Source: an uncultured Solirubrobacteraceae bacterium (GTDB lineage: Bacteria > Actinomycetota > Thermoleophilia > Solirubrobacterales > Solirubrobacteraceae). Taken from it: a stretch of DNA of 64,000 bases. The notes under the pieces were generated by a model. The model was not told the DNA's origin, searched no databases, and saw only the letters and a program-made list of their open reading frames with translations. The DNA is taken from the NCBI GenBank assembly GCA_963717665.1, contig OY970348.1, positions 2,532,498 through 2,596,497 of the forward strand. Direction: 5' to 3'. The translations under genes and the position numbers were made by a program. Below are positions 19,210 through 30,064 of this stretch, in pieces (position 1 is the stretch's first letter; each line of letters starts with the position of its first letter).

Positions 19210-21507
19210 ATGGCAGCGCATTCCCAAGACGCTCCGTCCGGCGATCGCCGGACGGACGATCTCGCTCGCAAGCTTCCGCCCGAGCCGGGAGCGCGTGCGC
19301 TCGTCGAGCTGCTGCCCGCAATCGTGTACGTCGCCGATACAGGCGTCGACGGCCGCTGGCACTACATCAGCAAGGGTGCCGAGGCGATCCTCGGCTTCTC
19401 GCCCGAGGACTGGCTGAGCGACGGCGGCTTCTGGGCGCGACAGGTGCACCCCGAGGATCGCGAGCTCGTGTTCTCCCGCGAGGAGGAGCTGGCCGAGCCG
19501 GGCACGGCCGACGAATACCGGATGCTTCACCGCGACGGGCGGATCGTGTGGGTGCGCGACGAAGCCGTGCTGCTCACCGACGAGCAGGGCCGCACGCGCT
19601 GGCACGGCGTGATGCTCGACATAACCGACCGCAAGCTCGCCGAGCTCGAGCTCGAGCGCCGCGCGGCCCAGCAGGCCGCTGTGGCGAGATTGGGAGAGCG
19701 CGCACTCGAGGGCGCCGAGGTCGCTCAGCTGATGCACCATGCGCTCGGCGAGGCCGCGCGAATCCTCGGCGTCGAGCAGGGCGCCGTGCTCGAGCGCTCG
19801 CCTGAGGGGGAGACGCTCAGCCTGCGCGCCGGGCTCGGTCTGCCGCCTGCGCCCGAGCACTCGGCGCTGCTGCTCGAGGAGCTCCCTGGCGGGATCGCGC
19901 GTCAGATCGAGAGCCGCGAGGGCAGCTGGGGGGTGCTGTGGCTCACGACTCCCGCCGAGGGCCGTTGGGCGGCTGCCGATGCCGACTTCGTGCAGGCGAT
20001 GGCGAACATCCTCGCCGACGCCATCCAGCAGCGCGGGACCGAAGACCACATCCGCTACCAGGCGCTGCACGATCCGCTGACCGATCTGCCCAACCGCGTG
20101 CTGTTCCTCGACCGCCTCGGCCACGCGCTGCAGCGGCCGGGAGCGCAGATCGCCGTGGCGCTGCTCGACATCGACAACTTCAAGCTCGTCAACGACAGCC
20201 TCGGCCACAGTGCCGGCGACGAACTGCTGCGCAAGGTCGCCCCGCACCTGACCGATGCGCTGCGTCCCGGCGACACGATCGGGCGGCTCGGCGGCGACGA
20301 GTTCGTCGTGCTGCTCGAGGAGGTGGCAGACGAGCATGCCGCCGCGCGGATCGCCGAACGGCTCGTCGCCGCCTTCGAGGTCCCCTTCGAGCTCGCCGCC
20401 GGCGAGCACTTCGCCAAGGCAAGCCTCGGCGTCGCGCTGGCCGGCGGCGAGGACGAGCAGCAGCCGGCTGCGCTGATCCGCGACGCCGACGCCGCGATGT
20501 ATCAAGCCAAGGCGCGCGGTCGCGCGCGCTTCGAGGTGTTCGACGGGGCGATGCGCGCGCGCACCGTCAAGCGCCTGTCGGTCGAGAACGATCTGCGCCG
20601 CGCGCTCGAGCGCGAGGAGCTGCGCGTCGTCTACCAGCCGATCGTCTCGCTGAGGGACGGCTCGCCGGTGGCCGTCGAGGCGCTGCTGCGCTGGCAGCAT
20701 CCCGCGCGCGGACTGCTCGCGCCGGGCGAGTTCATCCCGGTCGCCGAGGAGAGCGGGCTGATCGAGTCGATCGGGCGCTGGGTGCTCGACACCGCCTGCG
20801 CCCAGGCCGCGCAGTGGCACGCGGCGCGCCCCGGCGTACCGCCGCTGGGGATCGCCGTCAACCTCTCCGCCAGGCAGTTCGCCCAGCGCGAGCTCGAGCA
20901 GACCGTGCTGCACGCGCTGGGCAGCTCCGGCATCGAGCCGTCGAGCCTGTGCCTGGAGATCACCGAGTCCGTGCTGCTCGACGAGCCCGAGCGCGTGCGC
21001 GAGACGATCGGCCGGATCGCGCAGCACGGCGTGCGCTTCGCGCTCGACGATTTCGGCACCGGCTACTCCTCGTTGGCCTACCTCGGACGACTGCCGATCG
21101 ACGGGCTGAAGGTCGACCGCTCATTCGTCGACACGCTCGGCGCGAGCAAGCGCTCGACGGCGATCACGACGGCGATCGTGCGCATGGCCCAGGCGCTGTC
21201 GATCGAGGTGATCGCCGAGGGCGTCGAGACCGAGACCCAGCTGAAGCTCGTGCGCGATCTCGGCTGCGAGCTGGCGCAGGGCTTCTACCTGCACCGCCCG
21301 CTGCAGGCGCAGCAGATCACAGATCTCTTGAGGAGCGCTCCGCGCGCGGTGCGCGCCGCCAAGGCGCCCGCTGCGCCGCCCAGGCGCGGGCCCGTTCCGC
21401 GGAGCCGCCGGGATGCCGAGCAGCCACGCGTCGAGCCAGTCGAGCAGCGCAAGCCGGCGCGGCGCAAGGCTCAGCCGCGCACGGGCGTCGCCAGCTCGCG
21501 CCTGTAG
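19210..21507 (+). CDS. PAS-(GAF)-GGDEF-EAL diguanylate cyclase/phosphodiesterase
   Basis: PAS VHPEDRE...DITDRK; HDPLTDLPNR; RPGD I-site; GGDEF; EALLRW; DDFGTGYSSL; AEGVE. Confidence 0.95.
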   Translation: MAAHSQDAPSGDRRTDDLARKLPPEPGARALVELLPAIVYVADTGVDGRWHYISKGAEAILGFSPEDWLSDGGFWARQVHPEDRELVFSREEELAEPGTADEYRMLHRDGRIVWVRDEAVLLTDEQGRTRWHGVMLDITDRKLAELELERRAAQQAAVARLGERALEGAEVAQLMHHALGEAARILGVEQGAVLERSPEGETLSLRAGLGLPPAPEHSALLLEELPGGIARQIESREGSWGVLWLTTPAEGRWAAADADFVQAMANILADAIQQRGTEDHIRYQALHDPLTDLPNRVLFLDRLGHALQRPGAQIAVALLDIDNFKLVNDSLGHSAGDELLRKVAPHLTDALRPGDTIGRLGGDEFVVLLEEVADEHAAARIAERLVAAFEVPFELAAGEHFAKASLGVALAGGEDEQQPAALIRDADAAMYQAKARGRARFEVFDGAMRARTVKRLSVENDLRRALEREELRVVYQPIVSLRDGSPVAVEALLRWQHPARGLLAPGEFIPVAEESGLIESIGRWVLDTACAQAAQWHAARPGVPPLGIAVNLSARQFAQRELEQTVLHALGSSGIEPSSLCLEITESVLLDEPERVRETIGRIAQHGVRFALDDFGTGYSSLAYLGRLPIDGLKVDRSFVDTLGASKRSTAITTAIVRMAQALSIEVIAEGVETETQLKLVRDLGCELAQGFYLHRPLQAQQITDLLRSAPRAVRAAKAPAAPPRRGPVPRSRRDAEQPRVEPVEQRKPARRKAQPRTGVASSRL

Positions 21508-23016
21508 CGACGGGCCTGCAGCGCGCGCGCCAGCGCGTAGGAGCCGTACACGACGAGCAGCGCCGCCAGCTGCGCCGCGATCCCCTCCCAGGTCGCGTAG
21601 AGGCCGAGCCAGCGGCCCGTCCACAGCGGCAGGTCGAACGCCGGTCGGCGTGCGTCCGGCAGCCAGCCCAGGCCCTGCAGCGTGTGGACGGTCGTGCCGG
21701 TCATCACCGCCAGCACCAGCGCCGATCAGCACGCCGGTGGCGATCAGCATCTTGCGGTAGGGCAGCTTGCGCTCGAGCGCGAACGTGACGCAGCCGACCG
21801 CGAGCGTCGCCGGCGAGGCCGATCGCGACGCCGAGCGACGTCGCCGCCGGTGCCCGGCGCTGACCTGCAGGTTCTGCAGGAACAGGACGGTCTCGAAGCC
21901 CTCGCGGTAGACGCTCGTCAGCCCGAGCAGCACGAGCCCGGCGATCTGGCCGGAGATGAAGCCGAGCCGGTCGATCCGCTCGAGCGCGCGTGCGCCGCCG
22001 GTTGAAGCGCCCGATCCACTCGCTCCAGTAGACGCGATGGAAGAACCAGTTGGTCACGAGCAGCAGCACGGCGATCGCGAGCAGCCCGGTGATCGCCTGC
22101 AGCCGCAGCCCGCCGTCGCCGAGCGCGTCGACGAGCGGCTGCGCGAGCACGTAGGTGACGGCCGTGGCGCCAAGCCCGGCGAGCGCGCCGAGCAGCACCG
22201 GGCGTCGCAGGCGGCGGCGCGCGCCGATGAACGAGGCGGTGATCGCGGCGAGGATCAGCACCGCCTCGAGGCCCTCGCGGAAGACGATCACGCCGGCGTC
22301 GGCGACGACGGTGTCGCGGCTGATCGTGCGCGTCGCCGAGCGACGGTTGCGGCCGTCTCGACGCCGGTGCGCGCCGACGTACCCGCGCGGGCGATCCCGT
22401 TCCGCCAGAACGCCCCGTCGATCTCCGCTGGCGAGCGCCGGGTCGCTCGCGCGCAGACGGCTCCCCGGCCCGGCCGCGTCGAGCGCGAACGCCTCACGCG
22501 CATACGCGCTCCCGGCGAGCCGCTGCGCTCCGCCGCTCCCGGCTTGCTCGTCGCCTGCGCATCGGCCAGCAGGGCGTCGATCTCTCCGTACGGACGCGAG
22601 CGGGGCGCGCCGCTCAGCCCGGCCGACGCAGCTGCGCTCGCACGCGCTGAAGCGATGCCGTCACGCCGATCGGTAGCGGCCACGGCTGCAGCCGCTCCGA
22701 GGTCGCCGCCAGGCTGCGCCGCAGCGCGCGCGCCTCGCCCAGTGCGCGATCGAGCGCGGGTCCGGCCGCCTTCGCGCGCCAGCGTCGAGCTGGAGCTCGA
22801 GCGCCGCCGCCAGCGTGCGCGCACGCGCAGCGCCGGTAGCTTCGTGCGTCGGATCGGCCGCGCGGTAGTCCTCGGCGAGCACGCCCAGCAGCGCCACGTG
22901 CCGTCGAGCTGGCGCGCCGGCGGCCGCCCCGCAGGACCCGTCGCGGCTGCGGCGATCGCAGGCAGCGACTGCGACAGCAGCAGCGCGAGCAGGATCGGCA
23001 GGGCCAGGCGCCGCAT
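21471..23016 (-). CDS. FTR1-family iron permease with an N-terminal extracytoplasmic helical domain (frameshifted)
   Basis: FREGLEA and YREGFETVLF motifs, TNWFFHRVYW, N-terminal signal-like segment. Confidence 0.75.
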
Positions 23017-23022
23017 CTGCGC

Positions 23023-24176
23023 TCAGGCTCCGCTGACCTTGGCCGCGACGGTCGACAGCGGCTCGTCGAGCGCGCCCACCTCGCGCGCCAGCGTCGCGGC
23101 GGTCCGGCGGGCGTCAGCTCGCCGTAGGAGCGCGAAGCCGAGCGGCGTCTGGCGCCGGTAGCGCGTCGAGGCCGCTCTGCACCGCCGCGAAGCGCTGCTC
23201 GATCGTCGCTCACCAGCTTGGCGTGGCCCGTCTGGCGCAGCGCCGGGATCAGCAGCTCGAAGGCCTTGCGCGAGCCGGCCAGGTTGCCCTCGAAGTCGGA
23301 CAGGTCGGTGTGCGAGTAGCGGTCCTCCTCGCCGGTGATCTTCGAGTTGGCGACCTCGTTCATCAGCTCGACCGCGCCGTTGGCCAGCTGTGCCGGCTGC
23401 AGTTGCAGCGTGCTGCACCTTGCCGCGCCAGCGTGTCGACGTCGCGCCATCAGCTTGTCGCGCGTAGGCCTCGGTGCCGCGGGTCGTGTTCTGCTTGCCA
23501 CAGGGTCTGCTCGATGCGATGGAAGCCCGTCCATTCGCTGAGCTTTTCGACGTCGTTGACGCGCGCGTCGATCTCGGGATCGAGGTCGCCGAAGCTCTCG
23601 GCGACCGGCTCGATCGCCTCGTAGTGGACCCGTGCCGGCCCGAACAGTTCCTTGGCCCGCGCGACGTCGCCGCTTTCGAGCGCACGCGACGAAGCGTGTG
23701 ACGCCGGCGCGCAGCTGCGCGACTTCGGCGATCGACGTAGGCCTTGTAGCCGTTGGTCGCCTGCTCCAGCAGCGCCGCCGAGGCGCCTGTCGGCTTCGTC
23801 GAAGCCGTGCCCGAGGCGAGCAGCGTGCCCTGGTCCTCGGCGTCGCCCGTCGGACAGCTGACGACGTACTTGCCCGGGTTGAGGTTCAGCGAGAACGAGC
23901 CTGTGATGCCCTCGACGACGTTCTCGGACTCGCCGAGGATCATCGCCGTCGCTGGTCTTCAGCTCCATCTCGGAGACCTTCGAGGTGCCGCCGTTGGTGA
24001 CGTTGAACGTGGCCGGGCCCGAGGCGACGCTGATGTGCTGCGGCGTGCAGCCGGAGTCGATCAGCGTGAGCGCAATCTGCTTGGAGCCCTTCTTGGCGCT
24101 CGTCGAGTTGCCGCAAGCCGCCAGCGCCGTTGTTGCGGCGGTCGCCGCCACGATCGCGATCGTCTGTTCTGATCAT
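23023..24176 (-). CDS. efeO: EfeO/EfeM-like iron-binding lipoprotein (cupredoxin plus imelysin/M75; frameshifted)
   Basis: Lipobox LAAC; YEAIEPVAESFGDLDPEIDAR, WTGFHRIE, KITGEEDRYSHTDLSDF. Confidence 0.85.
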
Positions 24177-25015
24177 GCTGTCTTCGCTCGTCCCGTTGCT
24201 TGAAGTTGAGCCGCTGCGGCCACAGCACGTACAGCAGCATCGGAACTGCGTAGATCAGGTAGACGAGCACCTCGCTCTCGGTCGGGCGCGGCTGCAGCCC
24301 GAGCATCCCGGTCAGCAGCGAGGAGGTGACCGTGCCCGGCACGACGAGCCAGCTCAGGTCGAGCGCCTGTCCCTGCAGGCTGTTGATCCAGCCGCCCTCG
24401 TGCGCGGTGTGCACGGCCGTGGCGAGCAGGCCGGCGGCGATCAGCACGAGGAACACGGCCGGTGACGCGAAAGAAGCGCGCGAGGTTGATGCGGATCCCG
24501 CCGCGGTAGAGCGCGGCGCCGATCACGACGGCGGTGAGGATCCCGAGCAGCGCCCCGAGGCCGGCGCTCAGCGTGTTGCTCGACGTCCTGGAAGGCCGCC
24601 AGCAGGAATACGGCGGTCTCGAGGCCCTCGCGCAGGACGGCGAAGAAGGCCATCGCGACGAGCGCCGACGACCGAGCCGGCCGCCAGCGCGGCGGCGGCG
24701 CTGCGCTCGAGCTCGCCGCGCAGCCCGGCGCGCGTGGCGGCGCATCCACACGATCATGAACGTCACGATCGCCACCGCGCACACGCCGATCGACCGTCTC
24801 GAGCTGCTCCTGCTGGCGCTGCGGGAGCTCTTCGTCGAGGATCTGCAGCGCGACGCCGACGGCCGTGCACAGGACGACCGCGATCGCGACGCCGCCCCAC
24901 ACGTAGCGCAGCGCCGTCGCGCTGCCCCTGCTGGCGCAGGAACGCGGCGACGATGCTCGACGATCAGCGCGGCCTCGAGGCCCTCGCGCAGGCCGATCAC
25001 ATAGGTGGGAATCAA
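24173..25015 (-). CDS. efeU: EfeU-like FTR1 iron permease (frameshifted)
   Basis: LREGLEAALIV and LREGLETAVFL REGLE motifs. Confidence 0.85.
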   Translation of the reverse strand: MIPTYVIGLREGLEAALIVEHRRRVPAPAGAARRRCATCGAASRSRSSCARPSASRCRSSTKSSRSASRSSSRRSIGVCAVAIVTFMIVWMRRHARRAARRARAQRRRRAGGRLGRRRSSRWPSSPSCARASRPPYSCWRPSRTSSNTLSAGLGALLGILTAVVIGAALYRGGIRINLARFFRVTGRVPRADRRRPARHGRAHRARGRLDQQPAGTGARPELARRAGHGHLLAADRDARAAAAPDRERGARLPDLRSSDAAVRAVAAAAQLQATGRAKTA

Positions 25016-25062
25016 ATCCGATCTCCGTACTAGGGAATGGGCGGCGCGGACCATACCACGTA

Positions 25063-25090
25063 TTAGGGGAACCTAATTAGGTAGCCCTAA
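25063..25090. promoter_or_regulatory. Tandem DtxR/IdeR-type iron boxes
   Basis: TTAGGGGAACCTAA followed directly by TTAGGTAGCCCTAA (two TTAGG-N4-CCTAA units), upstream of efeU. Confidence 0.8.
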
Positions 25091-25170
25091 GCGGCGAGTC
25101 GGTAAGCGCCCGCCGACACCCCGGGCGCGCGCCCACGACCACACGCCGGGCCGCGCTAGACTCGCGCCCA

Positions 25171-25596
25171 ATGGCCGAGTCCGACGACGAGCTGTTCGGC
25201 GCCGAGCATGTCCGCGTCTATCGCGAGACCGGCGGCGAGCGGGGCTACCGGTGGCGCGGGACGACGATCCTGCTGCTCACGACGCGCGGGCGCAAGTCCG
25301 GCGAGGAGCGCACGACGCCGCTGATCCATCGCACCGACGGCGAGCGCTGGGTGATCGTCGCCTCCAAGGGCGGCACGCCCGAGAATCCGAGCTGGTACGA
25401 GAACCTGCTGGCCGAGCCGCAGGCGAGCATCCAGGTCAAGGGCGAGGTGATCCCCGTCACAGCGAGCACGGCCGAGGGCGAGGAGCGCTCACGCCTGTGG
25501 GCGCTGATGGCCGAGGTCTGGCCCGCGTACGACGACTACCAGAAGAACACCGACCGCGAGATTCCGATCGTCGTGCTCACCCGCCGCGCCGCGTAG
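25171..25596 (+). CDS. F420-dependent (deazaflavin) nitroreductase-family oxidoreductase
   Basis: LLLTTRGRKSGEERTTPL, ASKGG..NPSWYENL, YDDYQKNTDREIP. Confidence 0.9.
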   Translation: MAESDDELFGAEHVRVYRETGGERGYRWRGTTILLLTTRGRKSGEERTTPLIHRTDGERWVIVASKGGTPENPSWYENLLAEPQASIQVKGEVIPVTASTAEGEERSRLWALMAEVWPAYDDYQKNTDREIPIVVLTRRAA

Positions 25597-25635
25597 GCAG
25601 CGCTTTCGTCCTCTCGGCGCGTCCTGCGCCGCGCG

Positions 25636-26337
25636 TCACTGCACCCAGGCGGCGAGCAGCGGATCGTCCTCGACGGCCGCGCGCATCTGCTCGAGCGCCG
25701 GGCCGCGCAGGTCGCGCTTGGTGCGCGCGTATACCTCGGGCGGGAGCTTGGCCAGCCGCGCGGCGATGTGCAGCGCGCGCGGGAGCACATCCTCGGCGTC
25801 GTGCACCTCGTCGAACACGCCGAGGCGCTCGCATTCCGCGGCGTCGGTCAGCTCGCTGCCCAGCGCCAGCAGGCGCGCGGCCTGTGGCGAGAGCTCGGCG
25901 CGCACGACGCCGATCGCGGCCTGCGGGTAGGGCACGCCGACCTGCACCTCCGTCAGGCCGTAGCGTCCGCCGGCCGAGGCGACGCGGATGTCGGCGCACA
26001 GCGCGAGCACCATCCCACCGGCGATCGCATGGCCCGTGATCGCGCCGATCACCGGGAACGGCAACTCGTAGCCGCCGAGCGCCATCGCGTTGATCAGCGC
26101 GACCATCTCACGCTGCTCGGTCGGCCCGTACCCAGGAACGGCCTTCAGGTCGGCGCCCGCCGAGAAGCAGCCCTCTCGCCCGGCGAGCACGAGTGCGCGT
26201 GGTCCCTCGCCGGCCACCCGCGCCATGGCCGCGACGATCTCGCGCAGCAGCGTCAGGTCCATCGCGTTGGCAGGCGGACGATCGATTGCGAGCACGAGGA
26301 TGCCCTCGTCGTGCTCGTCGATGCTGACGTGCTCCAT
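25636..26337 (-). CDS. Enoyl-CoA hydratase/isomerase family protein
   Basis: FSAGADL, GHAIAGG..LAL.AD, LTEVQVG. Confidence 0.9.
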   Translation of the reverse strand: MEHVSIDEHDEGILVLAIDRPPANAMDLTLLREIVAAMARVAGEGPRALVLAGREGCFSAGADLKAVPGYGPTEQREMVALINAMALGGYELPFPVIGAITGHAIAGGMVLALCADIRVASAGGRYGLTEVQVGVPYPQAAIGVVRAELSPQAARLLALGSELTDAAECERLGVFDEVHDAEDVLPRALHIAARLAKLPPEVYARTKRDLRGPALEQMRAAVEDDPLLAAWVQ

Positions 26338-26374
26338 CAGTTGCAGCCTATTTGACCGCGTCTATTCTCAGCCG

Positions 26375-27211
26375 ATGCGCGCGTACACCGTGGTCGACGT
26401 CTTCGGGGCCGCCCCCTACACGGGCAACCCGGTCGCCGTGGTGCTCGACGGCGAGGGACTCTCGAGCGAGCAGATGCAGCGCTTCGCCACGTGGACGAAC
26501 CTCTCGGAGACGACCTTCGTATTGCCCCCGACCGTCCCTGAGGCCGATTACCGCGTGAGGATCTTCACGCCAGTGCTCGAGCTGCCGTTCGCCGGGCACC
26601 CGACGCTTGGCACATGCCACGCATGGCTTCGAGAGCGGGCGCAGCAGTCGCATGAGCAGCCGCCCGATGTCGTGCAGGAGTGCGGGGCAGGGCTCGTGCG
26701 CCTTCGCGTGCAGGCCGATCGCATCGCCTTCGCCGCCCCGCCGCTGCTGCGCGAGGGGCCGACGCAGGACGAGCAGCTGCTCGAGCACATCGCCGAGGTG
26801 CTGAGGATCGAGCGCGCGGCGATCCTCGACGCCGAGTGGGCCGACAACGGGCCAGGTTGGGTGGCCGTGATGCTCGACGACGCCGAGGCCGTGCTCGCGA
26901 TGCGCCCCGGCTTCGTCGACCTCGACCTCGGCGTCATCGGCCCCTACCCGCCCGGTTCGCCGCAGGCCTTCGAGGTCAGGGCGTTCTTCCCCAAGGACGG
27001 CACGACCGTCGAGGATCCCGTGACCGGCAGCCTCAACGCGGCGATCGCGCCGTGGCTGTTGCGCAGCGGTCGCGTGCAGGCGCCGTACGTCGTCAGTCAG
27101 GGGACCGTGCTCGGTCGCAGCGGGCGCGTGCACGTCGGGCGCGACGGCGACGGGACGGTGTGGGTCGGCGGCGCCACGGTCACGTGCGTCGTCGGGCAGG
27201 TTGATCTCTGA
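26375..27211 (+). CDS. PhzF-family epimerase
   Basis: DVF....GNP.AVV, NLSETTF, ELPFAGHPTLG, EDPVTGS. Confidence 0.92.
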   Translation: MRAYTVVDVFGAAPYTGNPVAVVLDGEGLSSEQMQRFATWTNLSETTFVLPPTVPEADYRVRIFTPVLELPFAGHPTLGTCHAWLRERAQQSHEQPPDVVQECGAGLVRLRVQADRIAFAAPPLLREGPTQDEQLLEHIAEVLRIERAAILDAEWADNGPGWVAVMLDDAEAVLAMRPGFVDLDLGVIGPYPPGSPQAFEVRAFFPKDGTTVEDPVTGSLNAAIAPWLLRSGRVQAPYVVSQGTVLGRSGRVHVGRDGDGTVWVGGATVTCVVGQVDL

Positions 27212-27250
27212 GCGGCGCGCCGTACGCCGGCGCCAGGCCGTCGGGTCGGC

Positions 27251-27706
27251 TCAGGCCGGCTTGTCGACGGCCGCACCTGCCAGCTTGCGCAGCAGCGCGT
27301 GCAGCGTCTTTCGCTCCTCGGCGGTGAGCGCGCCGAAGAACTCGCGCTGCAGCCCGGCCGCGAGCCCGCGGATGCGCTCGAGCGTCCGCTCGCCCTGCTC
27401 GGTGAGGAAGACCTGGCGCGCGCGCCGGTCGGCCGGGTCGGGGCGGCGTTCGGCCAGGCCGCGCGCTTCGAGCTCGTCGATCACGGCGACCATCGAGCTC
27501 GGATCGATCGCCGTCTTCTCGTGCAGCTGGTGCTGGCTCATCCCCGGGTGCGCCGCGAGCATCGTCATCACGCCGAAATGCCGCGGGTGCAGCCCCTCCG
27601 GCTCGAGCGCCTTGTGAAAGCGCCGGCGCGAGGCCTCGCCGAGGCGCGCCATCAGGTAGCCCGGAAACTCCCCGAGCTCGCCAGGTATCGGCCCTCCATC
27701 CCACAT
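27251..27706 (-). CDS. MarR-family regulator
   Basis: LEARGLAERRPDPADRRA...LTEQG. Confidence 0.92.
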   Translation of the reverse strand: MWDGGPIPGELGEFPGYLMARLGEASRRRFHKALEPEGLHPRHFGVMTMLAAHPGMSQHQLHEKTAIDPSSMVAVIDELEARGLAERRPDPADRRARQVFLTEQGERTLERIRGLAAGLQREFFGALTAEERKTLHALLRKLAGAAVDKPA

Positions 27707-27728
27707 GGACGCATTCTACGCGATGGAC

Positions 27729-27756
27729 ATTATTTGTGATAAAAATTATTTTGATA
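27729..27756. promoter_or_regulatory. AT-rich repeated element, probable MarR operator/promoter
   Basis: ATTATTTGTGATAAAAATTATTTTGATA in very GC-rich DNA, between marR and the MMPL gene. Confidence 0.45.
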
Positions 27757-27903
27757 CGAACGAGCAGCGGGAAGGGTCTCGCGACGCAGCGGCGTCGCCC
27801 AGCCCGCACGACGGCGTCACCGACGACGCCCCGCCGGCGATGAGTTTCGTCACGGCGGCCCGTCTCAGGGGTGGAAGCACAAGCGAGAACAAGGAGACGA
27901 GCA

Positions 27904-30064
27904 ATGGCATCGTTGACACGCTGGGTCCTGGCGCACAAGCGCATCGTCGTCGCCTTCTGGGTCGTGCTCACGCTCGTCGGCATCGCCTCGGCCGGGTCCT
28001 CCACGAAAGCGCTCAAACAGAAATTCTCGGTCCCCGGCAAGGAAGGCTGGGTCACCAACGAGCAGATCGCGCACAAGTTCCACAACACCGGCGGGAACAC
28101 CTCGCCACTGGTCCCCGTCGTCACGCTGCCCGCCGGGGAGACCGTCTCCTCGCCGGGCGTCAAGCAAGAGCTCGCGTCGCTCGAAGCGAAGGTCGCCAAG
28201 ACCCTGCCCGGGGCTCGCATCGCGGGCTATGCGGCGACCGGCAACGACGCGTTCGTCTCCAAGGACCGGCGCACGAGCTTCGTCCTCGCCTACCCGACCG
28301 CTGATCTCAAAGAATCGTTCGGCAACAACCCCGACGCCGCCCGGCACCTGACGGGCGCGCTGAAGGGAGCGACCGTCGGCGGCGCGCCCGTGCACGTGAC
28401 CGGCTACGACGCGCTGTCGGTGCAGAGCGGCGGCGACAGCGGCCCCGGCGTGCTGCTCGAGGCGTTGCTCGGCGGCTTCGGCGCGCTGCTCGTGCTCGCC
28501 TTCGTGTTCGCCTCGTTCCTGGCGATCGTGCCGCTGATGATGGCCGTCGTCTCGATCATGACGACGTTCCTGCTCGTCTGGGGGCTGACGACGATCACCG
28601 AAGTCTCGCCGATCGTGCAGTTCCTGATCGCGCTGATCGGCCTCGGCGTTTCGATCGACTACTCGCTGCTCGTCGTCGTGCGCTGGCGCGAGGAGCGCGC
28701 CCACGGCCTACAGGGCGACGAGGCGATCCAGCGCGCGATGGAGACGGCCGGGCGAGCCGTCGTGTTCAGCGGCACGACCGTCGCGATCGGGCTGCTCGCG
28801 CTCGTCGCGCTGCCGCTGCCGTTCCTGCGCACGTCGGCTACGGCGGCATGCTGATCCCGCTCGTCAGCGTGATCGTCGCCACGACGCTGCTGCCCGTCGT
28901 GCTCGCGAAGCTCGGCACGCGGCTGGACTGGCCGCACGTCCGCGACGACGACAAGGCGAGCCGCGCCTGGACTCGTGGGCCAACGCTGATCGTGCGCCAC
29001 CGCTGGATCGCGGCAGGCGGCGCCGCGCTGATCCTCGCCGCGCTCGTGCTCGCCGCGACGCAACCTGCAGCTCGGGCTCTCCAACCTCAACACGGTCGCC
29101 CGTGAGGGGCGACGCCAAGCAGGGCCTCGTCGCGCTCGAGCGCGCCGGGCATCGGCGCCGGCGCGCTGCTGCCGCACGAGGTGCTCGTCGAAGGCTCCAA
29201 GTCACCCGACGCCGTGGCTCGCGCGCTCGCCGGCGTCTCCGGGATCCACGGCGCCGTGGCCCCGGCCTCGGCCACCTGGCGCCAGCCGGGCGCCGCCGTG
29301 GTCGACGCGCTGGCAGTCGCCGACGGCTCCTCGGCGGCCGGACGCGACACGCTCGACCGCGTTCGCGCGGTCGTCCGCGCCGACGGCTCCGACGTGCGCG
29401 TCGGCGGTCTCGCCGCGCAGAACCACGACTTCATCGACGCCGTCTACGGCAACTTCCCGCTGATGATCGCGCTGATCGCGCTGATCACGTTCGTGCTGCT
29501 CGCGCGCGCCTTCCGCTCGCTGCTGCTGCCGCTGAAGGCCGTCGTGCTCAACGTGATCTCCGTCGGCGCTGCGTGGGGCGTGCTCGACGCTCGTCTGGCA
29601 GCAGCGGCCACGGCTCCGATGCGATCTGGGGCATCTCGGCGACAGGCTCGGTCGACCGTCGTGGATCCCGCTGATGGTGTTCGCGTTCCTGTTCGGCCTG
29701 TCGATGGACTACGAGGTGTTCATCCTCGCGCGCATGCGCGAGGAGTACGACGCGACCGGCTCGACCGACGACGGCCGTCGTGCGCGGCATCGGCCGCACC
29801 GGCCGGCTCGTCACGAGCGCCGCGCTGATCCTGTTCCTCGCGTTCGTCTCGCTCGCCTCCGGTCCCGAGACCGACGTCAAGGTGCTCGCGACCGGCCTCG
29901 CCGCGGGGATCCTGCTCGACGCGACCGTGATCCGCGCGCTGCTCGTGCCCGCGGTCGTGTCGCTGTTCGGGCGCTGGAACTGGTGGCTGCCGAAGCTGCC
30001 CGCACGCCTGTTGCGCGTCGAGCCGTCGCTGCCGCCGCGCGCCGCGCGGGGCGAGGTGTCCTGA
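27904..30064 (+). CDS. MMPL-family (RND) transporter (frameshifted)
   Basis: GLGVSIDYSL..RWREE, GRAVVFSG, LFGLSMDYEVF, GRLVTSAALI, FGRWNWWLP. Confidence 0.88.

Noticed and set aside
17030-19417. 795-aa plus-strand ORF
   Set aside because: It is the antisense shadow of two real minus-strand genes plus intergenic DNA and has no coherent motifs.
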